From a virus (Duplodnaviria; Caudoviricetes), in the IMG/VR virus record IMGVR_UViG_3300032040_000027, positions 1 through 38,630 of that record: a stretch of 38,630 nucleotides of DNA; one strand, written 5' to 3'. Under the pieces are notes generated by a model that was not told the origin of the DNA, searched no databases, and was given only the letters and a program-made list of their open reading frames with translations. Made by a program: the position numbers and the translations under genes. Numbering within the stretch: position 1 is the stretch's first letter; each line of letters opens with the position of its first letter. This document shows, one piece after another, positions 17,597 to 25,336 of the stretch.

Positions 17597-18879
17597 TTTG
17601 CGACCTGCCCATCAGCGAGTTCGAGCACATCAATACCGGCCACAGAAGGCATGTCCGGGCGTCCACGATCAATCAGCCCGGTGAAGTGTGCCTCAGTGAG
17701 CATCTCGTCAATCTTCGTGAGGCTCGTCGGGTCAAGTGCGTCGCCGTTCTTGATGATGACCAGGCACAGCTCTTCCTCCGAGTGCTCACCTGAGATCGCG
17801 ACCGCGACGGCGGCAACTTCCCTGTCGGCTGCGTTCACGTTCACAAACGGGGTGCCATCAAGAAGCACGTATTCGTCATCGACCGACAGCCCCGGGTGTG
17901 GGAACGTCGCGAGTGCCAGACCATCGAACTTCGCCTTCTTTACCGTCTTGAGTTTCTCGTCAAGAGTGGTGTGCAGGGTGGCGGCGGCATCGTAGGCGGC
18001 TTTCGCACGGACATGTTCAGCCTTCGCACGAACCTTCGCGTTGATTTCCTCGACCTCACCGAGCCGGTCACTGATCGCGGACGTATCGATACGCTCCGGG
18101 CCAGCCCTGAACGCGCCCATCTGCTCAGTGAGCAGCTCACTGGCGCGTGACAAGAATGTGCGTGCCGCGTCGAGGGCATCCTCGAGGCGTGAGACTTCGG
18201 CCTCGGCGCGTTCCTTCTCCGACTCGAGCTTGCCGAGCGCGTCCATCGTCCGGTCGAGTTCGGCGTTGTGCTCGCGGGCCTTCTCGAACTCGGCCACGAT
18301 GTCGGCGGCTGAAACCTCCACATCGGGGGTTTCCTTCGACGGCGGCACCAATTGAGACAACGCACCCTCAAGGCGTGACTTCTCCCGGTTCGCATCCGTG
18401 CGAGCCTGTTCCACCCGCGACTGCTCAGCAGTCAGCGCGGCCATATCGAAACCCTCAGGGAAGATCGACTTCGACATGATCAGTTCGCGGCGCTTCGCTT
18501 CATCCATCGCAAGGAACTCGGCAACATCCACAATCACAGTGCCGATACGGTCTTTCAGGATCGCGGTGCCGTCCTGGTACTTGGCGCCGTCGAGGGCACG
18601 AACTTCAACGGCTGACATTTTGCCGTTCTTCCACTTGCGGGTGAATGACAAACCGAGGTCGTGGTCGACATACGTCGCTTCACCTTCGAGTTGCCCTTCA
18701 TGTACGGGGTCGGGTGCGCCCTTGATCGCTTTGTGGGCGAAGATGTGCCCGAATGCGTTCACGAAGCTGGACTTCCCTGCACGGTTCTTGCCGGTGATGA
18801 CGATGGTGTTGCTGTCGGTGCGGTGTGTGATCTCTCCACGGATGCCGTAGAGGTTGCGGACGGTGAGTTCTTTAGTCAT
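17593..18879 (-). CDS. SMC/RecN-like AAA ATPase with coiled coil
   Basis: N-terminal Walker A GKNRAGKSS; long coiled coil. Confidence 0.85.
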   Translation of the reverse strand: MTKELTVRNLYGIRGEITHRTDSNTIVITGKNRAGKSSFVNAFGHIFAHKAIKGAPDPVHEGQLEGEATYVDHDLGLSFTRKWKNGKMSAVEVRALDGAKYQDGTAILKDRIGTVIVDVAEFLAMDEAKRRELIMSKSIFPEGFDMAALTAEQSRVEQARTDANREKSRLEGALSQLVPPSKETPDVEVSAADIVAEFEKAREHNAELDRTMDALGKLESEKERAEAEVSRLEDALDAARTFLSRASELLTEQMGAFRAGPERIDTSAISDRLGEVEEINAKVRAKAEHVRAKAAYDAAATLHTTLDEKLKTVKKAKFDGLALATFPHPGLSVDDEYVLLDGTPFVNVNAADREVAAVAVAISGEHSEEELCLVIIKNGDALDPTSLTKIDEMLTEAHFTGLIDRGRPDMPSVAGIDVLELADGQVAK

Positions 18880-19028
18880 GGGAGGTGCCTTTCAATTTGG
18901 AGGATTAGTACTGCGGTGCTGGCGGTGACGTAAACGGTCAGTACCAGCCACCAGAACCGGGGCACCCATTTGGTGCGGCGGCGGTGGGTGGAGGCACGAC
19001 GCAACTGTTGTGCGTCGATGCCCCACAT
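18876..19028 (-). CDS. Small membrane protein (50 aa)
   Basis: Manual ORF with hydrophobic FWWLVLTVYVTASTAVLIL; ATGA overlap. Confidence 0.6.
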   Translation of the reverse strand: MWGIDAQQLRRASTHRRRTKWVPRFWWLVLTVYVTASTAVLILQIERHLP

Positions 19029-19036
19029 GGTTTTCA

Positions 19037-19288
19037 TTACGACGTTGCGGAGCTGTAGTGCTCGAACCCACAGTCAGGGCACAACCAATGGCCTGTGTCC
19101 GTCTCAGGGTCGAATGTTGCATCGACGTTTCCTGCAAACCCGCACGGGGCGACGCATTCGCGCCACACAATGTGGTCGGTCACAAACTGGCCGGATGATT
19201 CCATTGGTCGCTCCAGACGTTGAGGTTCTTGGCGCAGCACTTTTTCGCCCACCAAGATTTCGGTGATTTGCTGAATGGAAGTGGTCAC
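19037..19288 (-). CDS. Small Zn-ribbon protein
   Basis: CVAPC and CPDCG. Confidence 0.7.
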   Translation of the reverse strand: MTTSIQQITEILVGEKVLRQEPQRLERPMESSGQFVTDHIVWRECVAPCGFAGNVDATFDPETDTGHWLCPDCGFEHYSSATS

Positions 19289-19446
19289 GAGAGCACCCCC
19301 GTAATAAGGAGTGCGAACCCTGCTGAGACGGCCACGTTCAGACCGAGCAGGATGGTGCCCACAAGAAGCACTGGTGCGAGACGGTAGTAACCTCTTGGTG
19401 CTGGGGTGAACTCACCGTGATCGCAGGTGTACATGCGGCGGCTCAT
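19285..19446 (-). CDS. Small membrane protein (53 aa)
   Basis: ATG at 19446 with GGAGG RBS; C-terminal hydrophobic helix. Confidence 0.65.
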   Translation of the reverse strand: MSRRMYTCDHGEFTPAPRGYYRLAPVLLVGTILLGLNVAVSAGFALLITGVLS

Positions 19447-19586
19447 GAGCGGGCCTCCCGTGCAACGCGATCCCGGCGCACCTTCGCGCGCCGTGACGAC
19501 ACCAACGTCGCTACCGTGACTGTGAACAGAATCACTAACCAACCGGCCAACTCGGACACGGTTTGAGAGAACATTTCGGGGGTCAC
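19443..19586 (-). CDS. Small membrane protein (47 aa)
   Basis: Manual ORF MTPEMFSQTVSELAGWLVILFTVTVATLVSSRRAKVRRDR...; GTGA/ATGA overlaps. Confidence 0.6.
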   Translation of the reverse strand: MTPEMFSQTVSELAGWLVILFTVTVATLVSSRRAKVRRDRVAREARS

Positions 19587-19840
19587 AGTCCCAGCCCCTC
19601 ACGTATGAGTTCCTGAGCACGTTCGCGCCGAGCGTTGCTCTCGTCTTTGCTGCTCATGTCCCACGGCCCGGAATTCTTCTCGGCCTCGGCAAACTGAGCA
19701 TCGATGAGAGCCACATATGCGATCAGGTTGGCGGTGTGCTGCCGATCGGCTTGGAGCATGGCCGCGTGGTATCGGGCGATGTCGTACTTTCCAGCGGATG
19801 CCGCAGCTTCCGCTTCTGCCTTGTGGTCGATGGCACTCAT
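19583..19840 (-). CDS. Hypothetical protein
   Basis: 85 aa, coupled overlaps. Confidence 0.7.
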   Translation of the reverse strand: MSAIDHKAEAEAAASAGKYDIARYHAAMLQADRQHTANLIAYVALIDAQFAEAEKNSGPWDMSSKDESNARRERAQELIREGLGL

Positions 19841-20625
19841 GCGGACACCGCCGATAGGTTCGACAGCACACGCCGACGGATCGCAGGAAGCGCCGCAGAA
19901 CGGATGTACAGGGTCGTCCTCACCTGTCCGTTGTGATGCCGGGGCGCGTTATGTTGCGGCATCGACCGGAATTTGTCCGCATGTGCGGCAGCCGCCCGAT
20001 ACTCGTACTCCTTGACATCACGGCCGACTGACTTCGACCACCGCGTACCGATGAGGGTCTTATATACCCATCCGGCAGCGAGTAGACGGTTCCGCAGCTC
20101 TCCCTCGGGAACACCGAGCTCGTTCGCTGCGACACGGAACAGCACCACATCGTCATGGTCGACAAACGTTTCGACGTATTCGACCTTCGGGGCGTCAGCT
20201 TCGACCTTCGCGGCCAACGCAGAGCGCGCCTCCACTTCATCAGCGAGCATGCGAAGCGCCTCACCATACGACTGGGGCAATGCGTTGACCTCGGAGCGGC
20301 TGTAACCTCCCGTTCTGCGAATCGCGGGCAACACTTCGCGGGTGACCCAACGCTTGAAATCAGAAGCGTTCGGCGCTTGGGAGCGAAGAATCGCAGAATA
20401 CATTCCCGGTTCCGAGACGATAGCGACCGCTTGCATCCCGCCAGGGGTGTGCAGGTCTTGCACCCCCTTGTCCTCAGCGTCGAGAGACCGGAGCATTGCG
20501 GATGTGGCGGAGTAGCCGAGTGCCTGAGAAAGATCAGACGCAACCCACCACGGCTCACCGTCAATCACAAGCGTGCGAATATCCACCCCCTCGCGGCGGA
20601 AGATGCTAATCTCAGTGTTTGACAT
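19837..20625 (-). CDS. BRO-N / KilA-C type antirepressor
   Basis: DGEPWWVASD, VSEPGMYSAILRS, FKRWVTREVLPAIRRTGGY, LPQSYGEALR, DAPKVEY. Confidence 0.9.
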   Translation of the reverse strand: MSNTEISIFRREGVDIRTLVIDGEPWWVASDLSQALGYSATSAMLRSLDAEDKGVQDLHTPGGMQAVAIVSEPGMYSAILRSQAPNASDFKRWVTREVLPAIRRTGGYSRSEVNALPQSYGEALRMLADEVEARSALAAKVEADAPKVEYVETFVDHDDVVLFRVAANELGVPEGELRNRLLAAGWVYKTLIGTRWSKSVGRDVKEYEYRAAAAHADKFRSMPQHNAPRHHNGQVRTTLYIRSAALPAIRRRVLSNLSAVSA

Positions 20626-20693
20626 CGGTTTACCTTTCGTGTCATGGCCCCGGTTGCACCCGGGGCCTTCTTCTTTGTGCGAGTGGTTACTAC

Positions 20694-20948
20694 TCACGCT
20701 GCATCGCCACCAAAAAAAGCCCCCTCGCTAGATGCGTGAGCCTGGGGGACTGCTGCATCTAGCAAGGGGGTGGTTTTTGGGGTGAGCAAGTTGAGAACGT
20801 CGTCACGGTTGAAGCGGTACTGTCCGCCGGGGAGCTTCATGGAGGGCGTTAGTTCGCCCTTCTCGACCCATCTGCGGACGGTGGAAACGTCAACTCGTGC
20901 GAGTGTGGCGACTTCGCTAGTTGTGATATTCACGAGTTCTTGTGTCAT
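20694..20948 (-). CDS. Cro/excisionase-like MerR-type HTH protein
   Basis: TTSEVATLARVDVSTVRRWVEKG..LPGGQYRF; divergent from repressor. Confidence 0.85.
   Translation of the reverse strand: MTQELVNITTSEVATLARVDVSTVRRWVEKGELTPSMKLPGGQYRFNRDDVLNLLTPKTTPLLDAAVPQAHASSEGAFFGGDAA
20712..20771 (-). terminator. Intrinsic terminator-like hairpin in 3' end of cro/xis
   Basis: CCCCCTTGCTAGATGC...GCATCTAGCGAGGGGG followed closely by T7 on the minus strand. Confidence 0.65.
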
Positions 20949-20955
20949 GTAGGAG

Positions 20956-20985
20956 AGTATGCACACGCCCCGCAAGTCGTGTCAA
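20956..20985 (-). promoter_or_regulatory. Early lytic promoter (TTGACA-18-CATACT), leaderless
   Basis: Consensus -35, TGTG before the -10, ATG 7 nt downstream. Confidence 0.8.
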
Positions 20986-20993
20986 GCACGACT
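20975..20993. promoter_or_regulatory. Putative repressor operator
   Basis: Perfect inverted repeat AGTCGTG-N5-CACGACT overlapping the lytic -35. Confidence 0.6.
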
Positions 20994-21022
20994 CGCCGTG
21001 CTATCCCCCAGTTTTGGGTATA

Positions 21023-21052
21023 TTGCGCGCAATGCGCGGAATGTGACATAAT
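21023..21052 (+). promoter_or_regulatory. Repressor promoter (TTGCGC-18-CATAAT), leaderless
   Basis: -10 lies 6 nt before the repressor ATG; palindrome TTGCGCGCAA on the -35. Confidence 0.7.
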
Positions 21053-21058
21053 GCATTC

Positions 21059-21439
21059 ATGACAATGCAGAAGGAAACCCAAAAGTGGATACCGAGAGAT
21101 AACACCTTCGGTGCGCGACTCGCACTCCTGCGCCAACGCTTCGGATGGAACCTGAAAGAAGCAAGCCTGAACTGCGGACTGCCGCAGAACGCTTGGCTCG
21201 AATGGGAATCAAAGGGGCGCGTACCGCGCAACCTTCCAGACGTAGCCCTACAAATCAGCAAATGCACAGGTGTAGACGACTACTGGCTGATGACGGGCCG
21301 GTTAGACGAAGATTTGCCTACCGACCCGTCAGAGGGCCTCCTGTCGGATTCGAACCGACGACCCCCGCTTTACATTGTCGACGGTTCAAGCGACTGGGCA
21401 TGGCCTGCCGAGGCACCCAAAAACAAACTTGCCGCCTAG
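21059..21439 (+). CDS. Immunity repressor (XRE HTH) containing attP and a C-terminal ssrA-like tag
   Basis: FGARLALLRQRFGWNLKEAS..WLEWE..VDDYWLMTG; ends KNKLAA. Confidence 0.9.
   Translation: MTMQKETQKWIPRDNTFGARLALLRQRFGWNLKEASLNCGLPQNAWLEWESKGRVPRNLPDVALQISKCTGVDDYWLMTGRLDEDLPTDPSEGLLSDSNRRPPLYIVDGSSDWAWPAEAPKNKLAA
21335..21374 (-). other. attP core: 3' half of tRNA-Thr(UGU)
   Basis: Minus strand TGTAAAGCGGGGGTCGTCGGTTCGAATCCGACAGGAGGC gives anticodon TGT, anticodon stem, T-arm GTCGG-TTCGAAT-CCGAC and the acceptor strand; no D-arm; adjacent to integrase. Confidence 0.85.
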
Positions 21440-21558
21440 TCGGGATTCCCAGAATGCCGCACCGAGAGAGTCAACCACCAGCCCCACTACTGGCCCTCGT
21501 CAACAACACCCCCGTAGACATAGTGTGCAAACACCATTCAACGACACCGGGGGAATCA

Positions 21559-22416
21559 ATGACATGGACACCAATGCTGGAAGAATTCACCGCCTACCAG
21601 CGCGCCAAAGGGCTGAGCCGGCGAACAATTGAGAACCGCGACTACATGATCCGAGCGCTCGCCCGCGATTCCCAACAGCCAGCCGAAACCATCACGATCC
21701 AGCACTTGCGGAAACAGCTAGGTCGTGGGGTGTCTCGTGGGACGATGCAAACTGAACGCGGATGTTACCGGGCTTTCTTTACATTCATGTTTGAAGAAAA
21801 GTTCCGAACCGACGACCCTTCCGAACGGTTGCCGCTCATCCGTGCCCCACGAGGTCGCCCGCGCCCATATTCTGCCGAGCAAGTAGATCGGCTTTTGAAC
21901 ACTGGCTCATACCGTCGCACGCGCATCATGATCCTCCTGGCGTACTACCAAGGGTTCCGTGCCAGCGAAGTCGCCGCAATACACGGCCATGACATCGACT
22001 TAGACGAATCCACCATCCGAGTGCAGGGCAAAGGCGGGAAAGTTGTCATCCTCCCCTTGCACCCCACCATTGCGGATGCGGCCCAGCAGATGCCGAAAGA
22101 TGATTGGTGGTTTGCGGCACGCGGTGGACGCGGTGGACACATCCACCCCAGAAGCGTCTACGACCTTATGACGCGAGCAAAACAACGAGCAGGGATAGTG
22201 GAACCGAAACTTACCGGACACTCCCTCAGGCACGCGTACGGCACTGATCTGGTGCGTTCAGGGGTGGACTTGCGAACAGTTCAAGAACTAATGCGCCACG
22301 AATCGTTAGCGACAACTCAAATCTATACACTCATCAGTGATGAACAGATGAGAAACGGTATCCTCCACCTCACCCCGCGCGAGCTCGCGCCACGTTCTGG
22401 GCGGCTTGCCGCATGA
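21559..22416 (+). CDS. int: Tyrosine integrase lacking an arm-binding domain, C-terminal LAA tag
   Basis: GFRASE, VQGKGGK, HSLRH, LMRHESLATTQIY; about 285 aa from ATG 21559; ends GRLAA. Confidence 0.93.
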   Translation: MTWTPMLEEFTAYQRAKGLSRRTIENRDYMIRALARDSQQPAETITIQHLRKQLGRGVSRGTMQTERGCYRAFFTFMFEEKFRTDDPSERLPLIRAPRGRPRPYSAEQVDRLLNTGSYRRTRIMILLAYYQGFRASEVAAIHGHDIDLDESTIRVQGKGGKVVILPLHPTIADAAQQMPKDDWWFAARGGRGGHIHPRSVYDLMTRAKQRAGIVEPKLTGHSLRHAYGTDLVRSGVDLRTVQELMRHESLATTQIYTLISDEQMRNGILHLTPRELAPRSGRLAA

Positions 22417-22468
22417 TTCCATGCACAGAGGTGGCGGTAGTGCTCCGCGCGCCGATAGGCTCGGTCGC

Positions 22469-22891
22469 ATGAGAGCCCCCTCCACGACCCTGCTCGGGCT
22501 GGCCGTCGTTGCGCTGCTCGCAGGCTGCGCCGCTCCTGCTGTGACGCCCGAGCCGGAACCATCCGAGACTCTGAACCCGGCGCACGCGATCTGCGACGAC
22601 TTCGAGACCGCCACGAACGACCTCGCCCAACTCCTCATCCTCGTCTGGAACGGTGACGCGACTGATTCTGAAGAGGCGGAACTCAAGAACTTCGCCGACA
22701 GATTCGACACACTCTCCCTAGAGGCTGACGGCGAGCTCGCGACCAGGCTCGCGGATGTGCGGGACATTCTGCCCAATGGTGTGTTGCCGGTGCTCATTGA
22801 CTCCGAGGACTACTTCGATGCGTTGAGTGCTGTGCAGCGTGCTTGTGAAGCTGAGGGTGCAGACTCCGACTACACGACATGGGAGTACTGA
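22469..22891 (+). CDS. Lipoprotein (possible lysogenic conversion or exclusion protein)
   Basis: Signal peptide with lipobox LAGC; acidic helical body with 2 Cys; TAGGCT -10 lies 7 nt before ATG. Confidence 0.8.
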   Translation: MRAPSTTLLGLAVVALLAGCAAPAVTPEPEPSETLNPAHAICDDFETATNDLAQLLILVWNGDATDSEEAELKNFADRFDTLSLEADGELATRLADVRDILPNGVLPVLIDSEDYFDALSAVQRACEAEGADSDYTTWEY

Positions 22892-22902
22892 CGCGGGAAA
22901 CG

Positions 22903-22956
22903 ACGAAAAGCCCCGCTCCGACCTCTGTGAAGAGGTGGAGCGGGGCATTCGTTTTT
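22903..22956. terminator. Bidirectional terminator
   Basis: GCCCCGCTCC(G)ACCTCT-GTGA-AGAGGTGGAGCGGGGC flanked by AAAA and TTTTT, between convergent operons. Confidence 0.85.
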
Positions 22957-22962
22957 GCTGGA

Positions 22963-23040
22963 CTATTGGCAGCTACCGCACTGCAACTCGTCCATCGGGT
23001 CGACGGGTACCGCGTACGGTTCGTCGTTCGGATCCTGCAC
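22963..23040 (-). CDS. 25-aa acidic micropeptide ending CGSCQ
   Basis: GTG 3 nt after holin stop; MQDPNDEPYAVPVDPMDELQCGSCQ; stop just before the terminator. Confidence 0.55.
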   Translation of the reverse strand: MQDPNDEPYAVPVDPMDELQCGSCQ

Positions 23041-23043
23041 GGG

Positions 23044-23340
23044 TCAGCGTGCGGTGTAGACCGGTGTGGCGGACGAACCGAGCAACCACTTCTCTGCCTT
23101 CGGCCACCGGGCTCCGATCTTGCGGGCACCCCAGTAGTAGAGGGCGATGACTGCGGCTGTGGCTGCTGCGATGAGCAGGTCGCGCCACCCGTTACCGTAC
23201 GTGCTATCGACGTAGGTGATGGCGGTGTTGAGCCATGTGAACTGCGCGAGCAGGAACGTGATGAGCGAGCCGATCGCGACGGGCACGTAGGTGCGGAAGT
23301 AGGCGACCGGGTCAATGGTGGGGAGGATGGGACTGGACAT
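23044..23340 (-). CDS. Holin
   Basis: 98 aa, two hydrophobic helices, FRTYVP..WLLG motif, AAGGAG RBS. Confidence 0.8.
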   Translation of the reverse strand: MSSPILPTIDPVAYFRTYVPVAIGSLITFLLAQFTWLNTAITYVDSTYGNGWRDLLIAAATAAVIALYYWGARKIGARWPKAEKWLLGSSATPVYTAR

Positions 23341-23395
23341 TACTGCTCCTTGTTCGGTTTGTGTTGGTTCCGCTCCCGGGTGGGGCGGGTGTCGT

Positions 23396-23779
23396 TCAGT
23401 TTCCGTATCGCTTTTTACGAGACGGCCGAGGCGGGATCTCGATTGTGTTTTCGTTCAACGTGTGAATAAGAAGGTTGTTGTATCCCAGCAGCTCGACAAC
23501 TTCCGCCTCGAGCTCTTGGATTCGCGCGGCCGTTTCCTTCTCAAAGTTGTCCAGCCGTTCTCGCAACGACTGGTTATCTTTCTGCAATGCCTCCGCTAGT
23601 GCCCCAAATCCTTCGACAGCGTTCGCATCCTTCTGCAACGCATCACCTTTGATCCCCCGACGTGATGCCGCAATCGCATTGACTACCGCAGCACCCATAC
23701 CCCCAGTGACCAATGCAAAGATGCCAAGAATGATCAGACCGGTGTAGTTGCCCGACTCAATAAAGTCATTCGGCGCCAT
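23396..23779 (-). CDS. Membrane protein with coiled coil (lysis-associated)
   Basis: N-terminal TM segment, coiled coil, basic tail; next to holin. Confidence 0.75.
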   Translation of the reverse strand: MAPNDFIESGNYTGLIILGIFALVTGGMGAAVVNAIAASRRGIKGDALQKDANAVEGFGALAEALQKDNQSLRERLDNFEKETAARIQELEAEVVELLGYNNLLIHTLNENTIEIPPRPSRKKRYGN

Positions 23780-24173
23780 CGGCAGCTCCCCTCGTGAGTC
23801 GGCGTGTCTTTACGTCCAACTTGATTGCTTCGGACAGGAAGAACAGCGACACAATAGCGATCGCAAGGGCTGGCCCGTAAACGGCTGGTAGTGGGCCACC
23901 GAATGTGATTTCGTCGAACAGTAGTGCCCACAAGGCAACGTCGTATAGCGCATAGGCGCCACACAGGGGCCAGAGTGCGATGGCCTCAATTTTGAAGTTC
24001 GGCTTCAGTACAGAGATGAGTGCGGCAGCGCCCGCGACTAGGAATGATGTTCCGTAGACGTAGACGATGCCGACACCCAAAACCATTTGGACAAACATTG
24101 ATGGGTACAGCAAAGTAAGCACCCCGTGGACTGTCACGAGCGCATATATCAGTGCCAGCAGAGTCCGGTTCAT
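23766..24173 (-). CDS. Four-TM membrane protein (lysis-associated)
   Basis: Four hydrophobic segments; GGAG RBS before ATG 24173. Confidence 0.75.
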   Translation of the reverse strand: MNRTLLALIYALVTVHGVLTLLYPSMFVQMVLGVGIVYVYGTSFLVAGAAALISVLKPNFKIEAIALWPLCGAYALYDVALWALLFDEITFGGPLPAVYGPALAIAIVSLFFLSEAIKLDVKTRRLTRGAADGAE

Positions 24174-24227
24174 ATGTACTCCATTCGAGGGGTAGAAGAT
24201 TGTGTCCAAATGAATTAAACTTTGCTC

Positions 24228-24662
24228 ATGAAGAACATGACGAAGGGGATCATCGCCAGCCTCAGTGCTGCAGCCGTAATCACTGCCGGCGCGGTCGTTG
24301 GTGTGTCTGCGATGAATGCCGCACCTGAGGAAACTCGTGCTGCGGTCGTGACCGTTGACGAGAACACGTTGCGTCAGGAAACCCCCAACACTGTTCGTCA
24401 GACCGTTCTTCCTGCACCTGTTGTTGAGGAAGCGGTTATTGAACGAGCCCCGACGCAGGAGCCCTCATCAGAACCGGCGCCAGCGCCTGAACCTGCCCCC
24501 GCCCCAGCGCCCGAACCGGCAGCCCCGAATTACGGAACGCCAATCCCGTGGGTTGCTGACTCGAACCCGAACAACGCAGAGGGTGGATATTGGGACACCA
24601 CACAGTGCGCGTCAGGTGCCGGATATCAAGCACCAGATGGCAACCAGTACTGTGCGGACTAA
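24228..24662 (+). CDS. Secreted or membrane-anchored Pro-rich protein (moron-like)
   Basis: Signal-like N-terminus, EPAPAP repeats, small C-terminal 2-Cys domain; own TAAACT -10; opposite strand to its neighbours. Confidence 0.75.
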   Translation: MKNMTKGIIASLSAAAVITAGAVVGVSAMNAAPEETRAAVVTVDENTLRQETPNTVRQTVLPAPVVEEAVIERAPTQEPSSEPAPAPEPAPAPAPEPAAPNYGTPIPWVADSNPNNAEGGYWDTTQCASGAGYQAPDGNQYCAD

Positions 24663-25336
24663 AACCCCGCCAAAGCAAGGCGAGAATCAATGTCGTCAAT
24701 CTGAGCCTGTTGGTCTTTCGCGGCCAAGATGAGCAGAATGGCAAAGCGTTCATGCTTCACGCCGTCAGGGTTCCCTTCTTCGTTGTAGTCCACTAGCCAT
24801 GTCAGACCGAGGTCGTGGATCTCTTCAGCGATAACACCCCATTCGACTGCGGCTTCTTTCCCGCTGAGCTCTACTGCGCCGAGGTACCGGAACGTGACCA
24901 CCCGAAGTTCGGCCATGATCGACCGCACATCAAGAGTCGCCGTCACAATGTCGCGCTTGTACCGTCTGGATGATGGGACGTAACCCATCTGCCCCGAACT
25001 GTCCACATATTGCACTTTGTAGGGTGAACCGCTCACAAGACGGTTGTAAACATCTGTGGACTTGACACCACCATGGAATGTTCCTGTTGAACCTGACACT
25101 GCACCACCAGCGGAAACAGTACCCGTCGCGGTGACGTTGCCTGTATTCACAGCCGTTGCGAGGGCCTCATCGATCTGCCCGGGCAGATCATTCACGAGCT
25201 GGGTGAGCGTCTCGATGGCCCGGTTCATCTGGGTAGCGTCAAAGGTGGAGATACGGTCAATGCGTTCATCCAGTTGTCGGCGCAGTTCCGAAAGCTGGGC
25301 GCGGAAATCGCTAGGTCCTGGTGTTGGGTTAGCCAA
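24659..25336 (-). CDS. Minor tail protein with C-terminal intramolecular chaperone (peptidase S74-like)
   Basis: SSRRYKRDI..LRVVTFRY..GVIAEE motif; TTG start overlapping the upstream gene. Confidence 0.85.
   Translation of the reverse strand: MANPTPGPSDFRAQLSELRRQLDERIDRISTFDATQMNRAIETLTQLVNDLPGQIDEALATAVNTGNVTATGTVSAGGAVSGSTGTFHGGVKSTDVYNRLVSGSPYKVQYVDSSGQMGYVPSSRRYKRDIVTATLDVRSIMAELRVVTFRYLGAVELSGKEAAVEWGVIAEEIHDLGLTWLVDYNEEGNPDGVKHERFAILLILAAKDQQAQIDDIDSRLALAGF

Noticed and set aside
8907-20720. Ala-rich C-termini (VERAA, EAVAS, GAVA, GGDAA, SAVSA) as degrons
   Set aside because: Most are largely explained by overlap with the next gene's RBS and ATGA/GTGA start; not counted as evidence
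21335-21374. Functional tRNA gene
   Set aside because: Only the anticodon-to-acceptor 3' half is present; interpreted as the attP core
21145-21558. N-terminal extension of the integrase to 423 aa
   Set aside because: It overlaps the repressor and attP with non-protein-like sequence; ATG 21559 has a purine-rich RBS and begins the core-binding domain
24460-24530. Tandem repeat or CRISPR-like array
   Set aside because: Degenerate codon repeats encoding an EPAPAP linker; no repeat-spacer array or cas genes seen in the window
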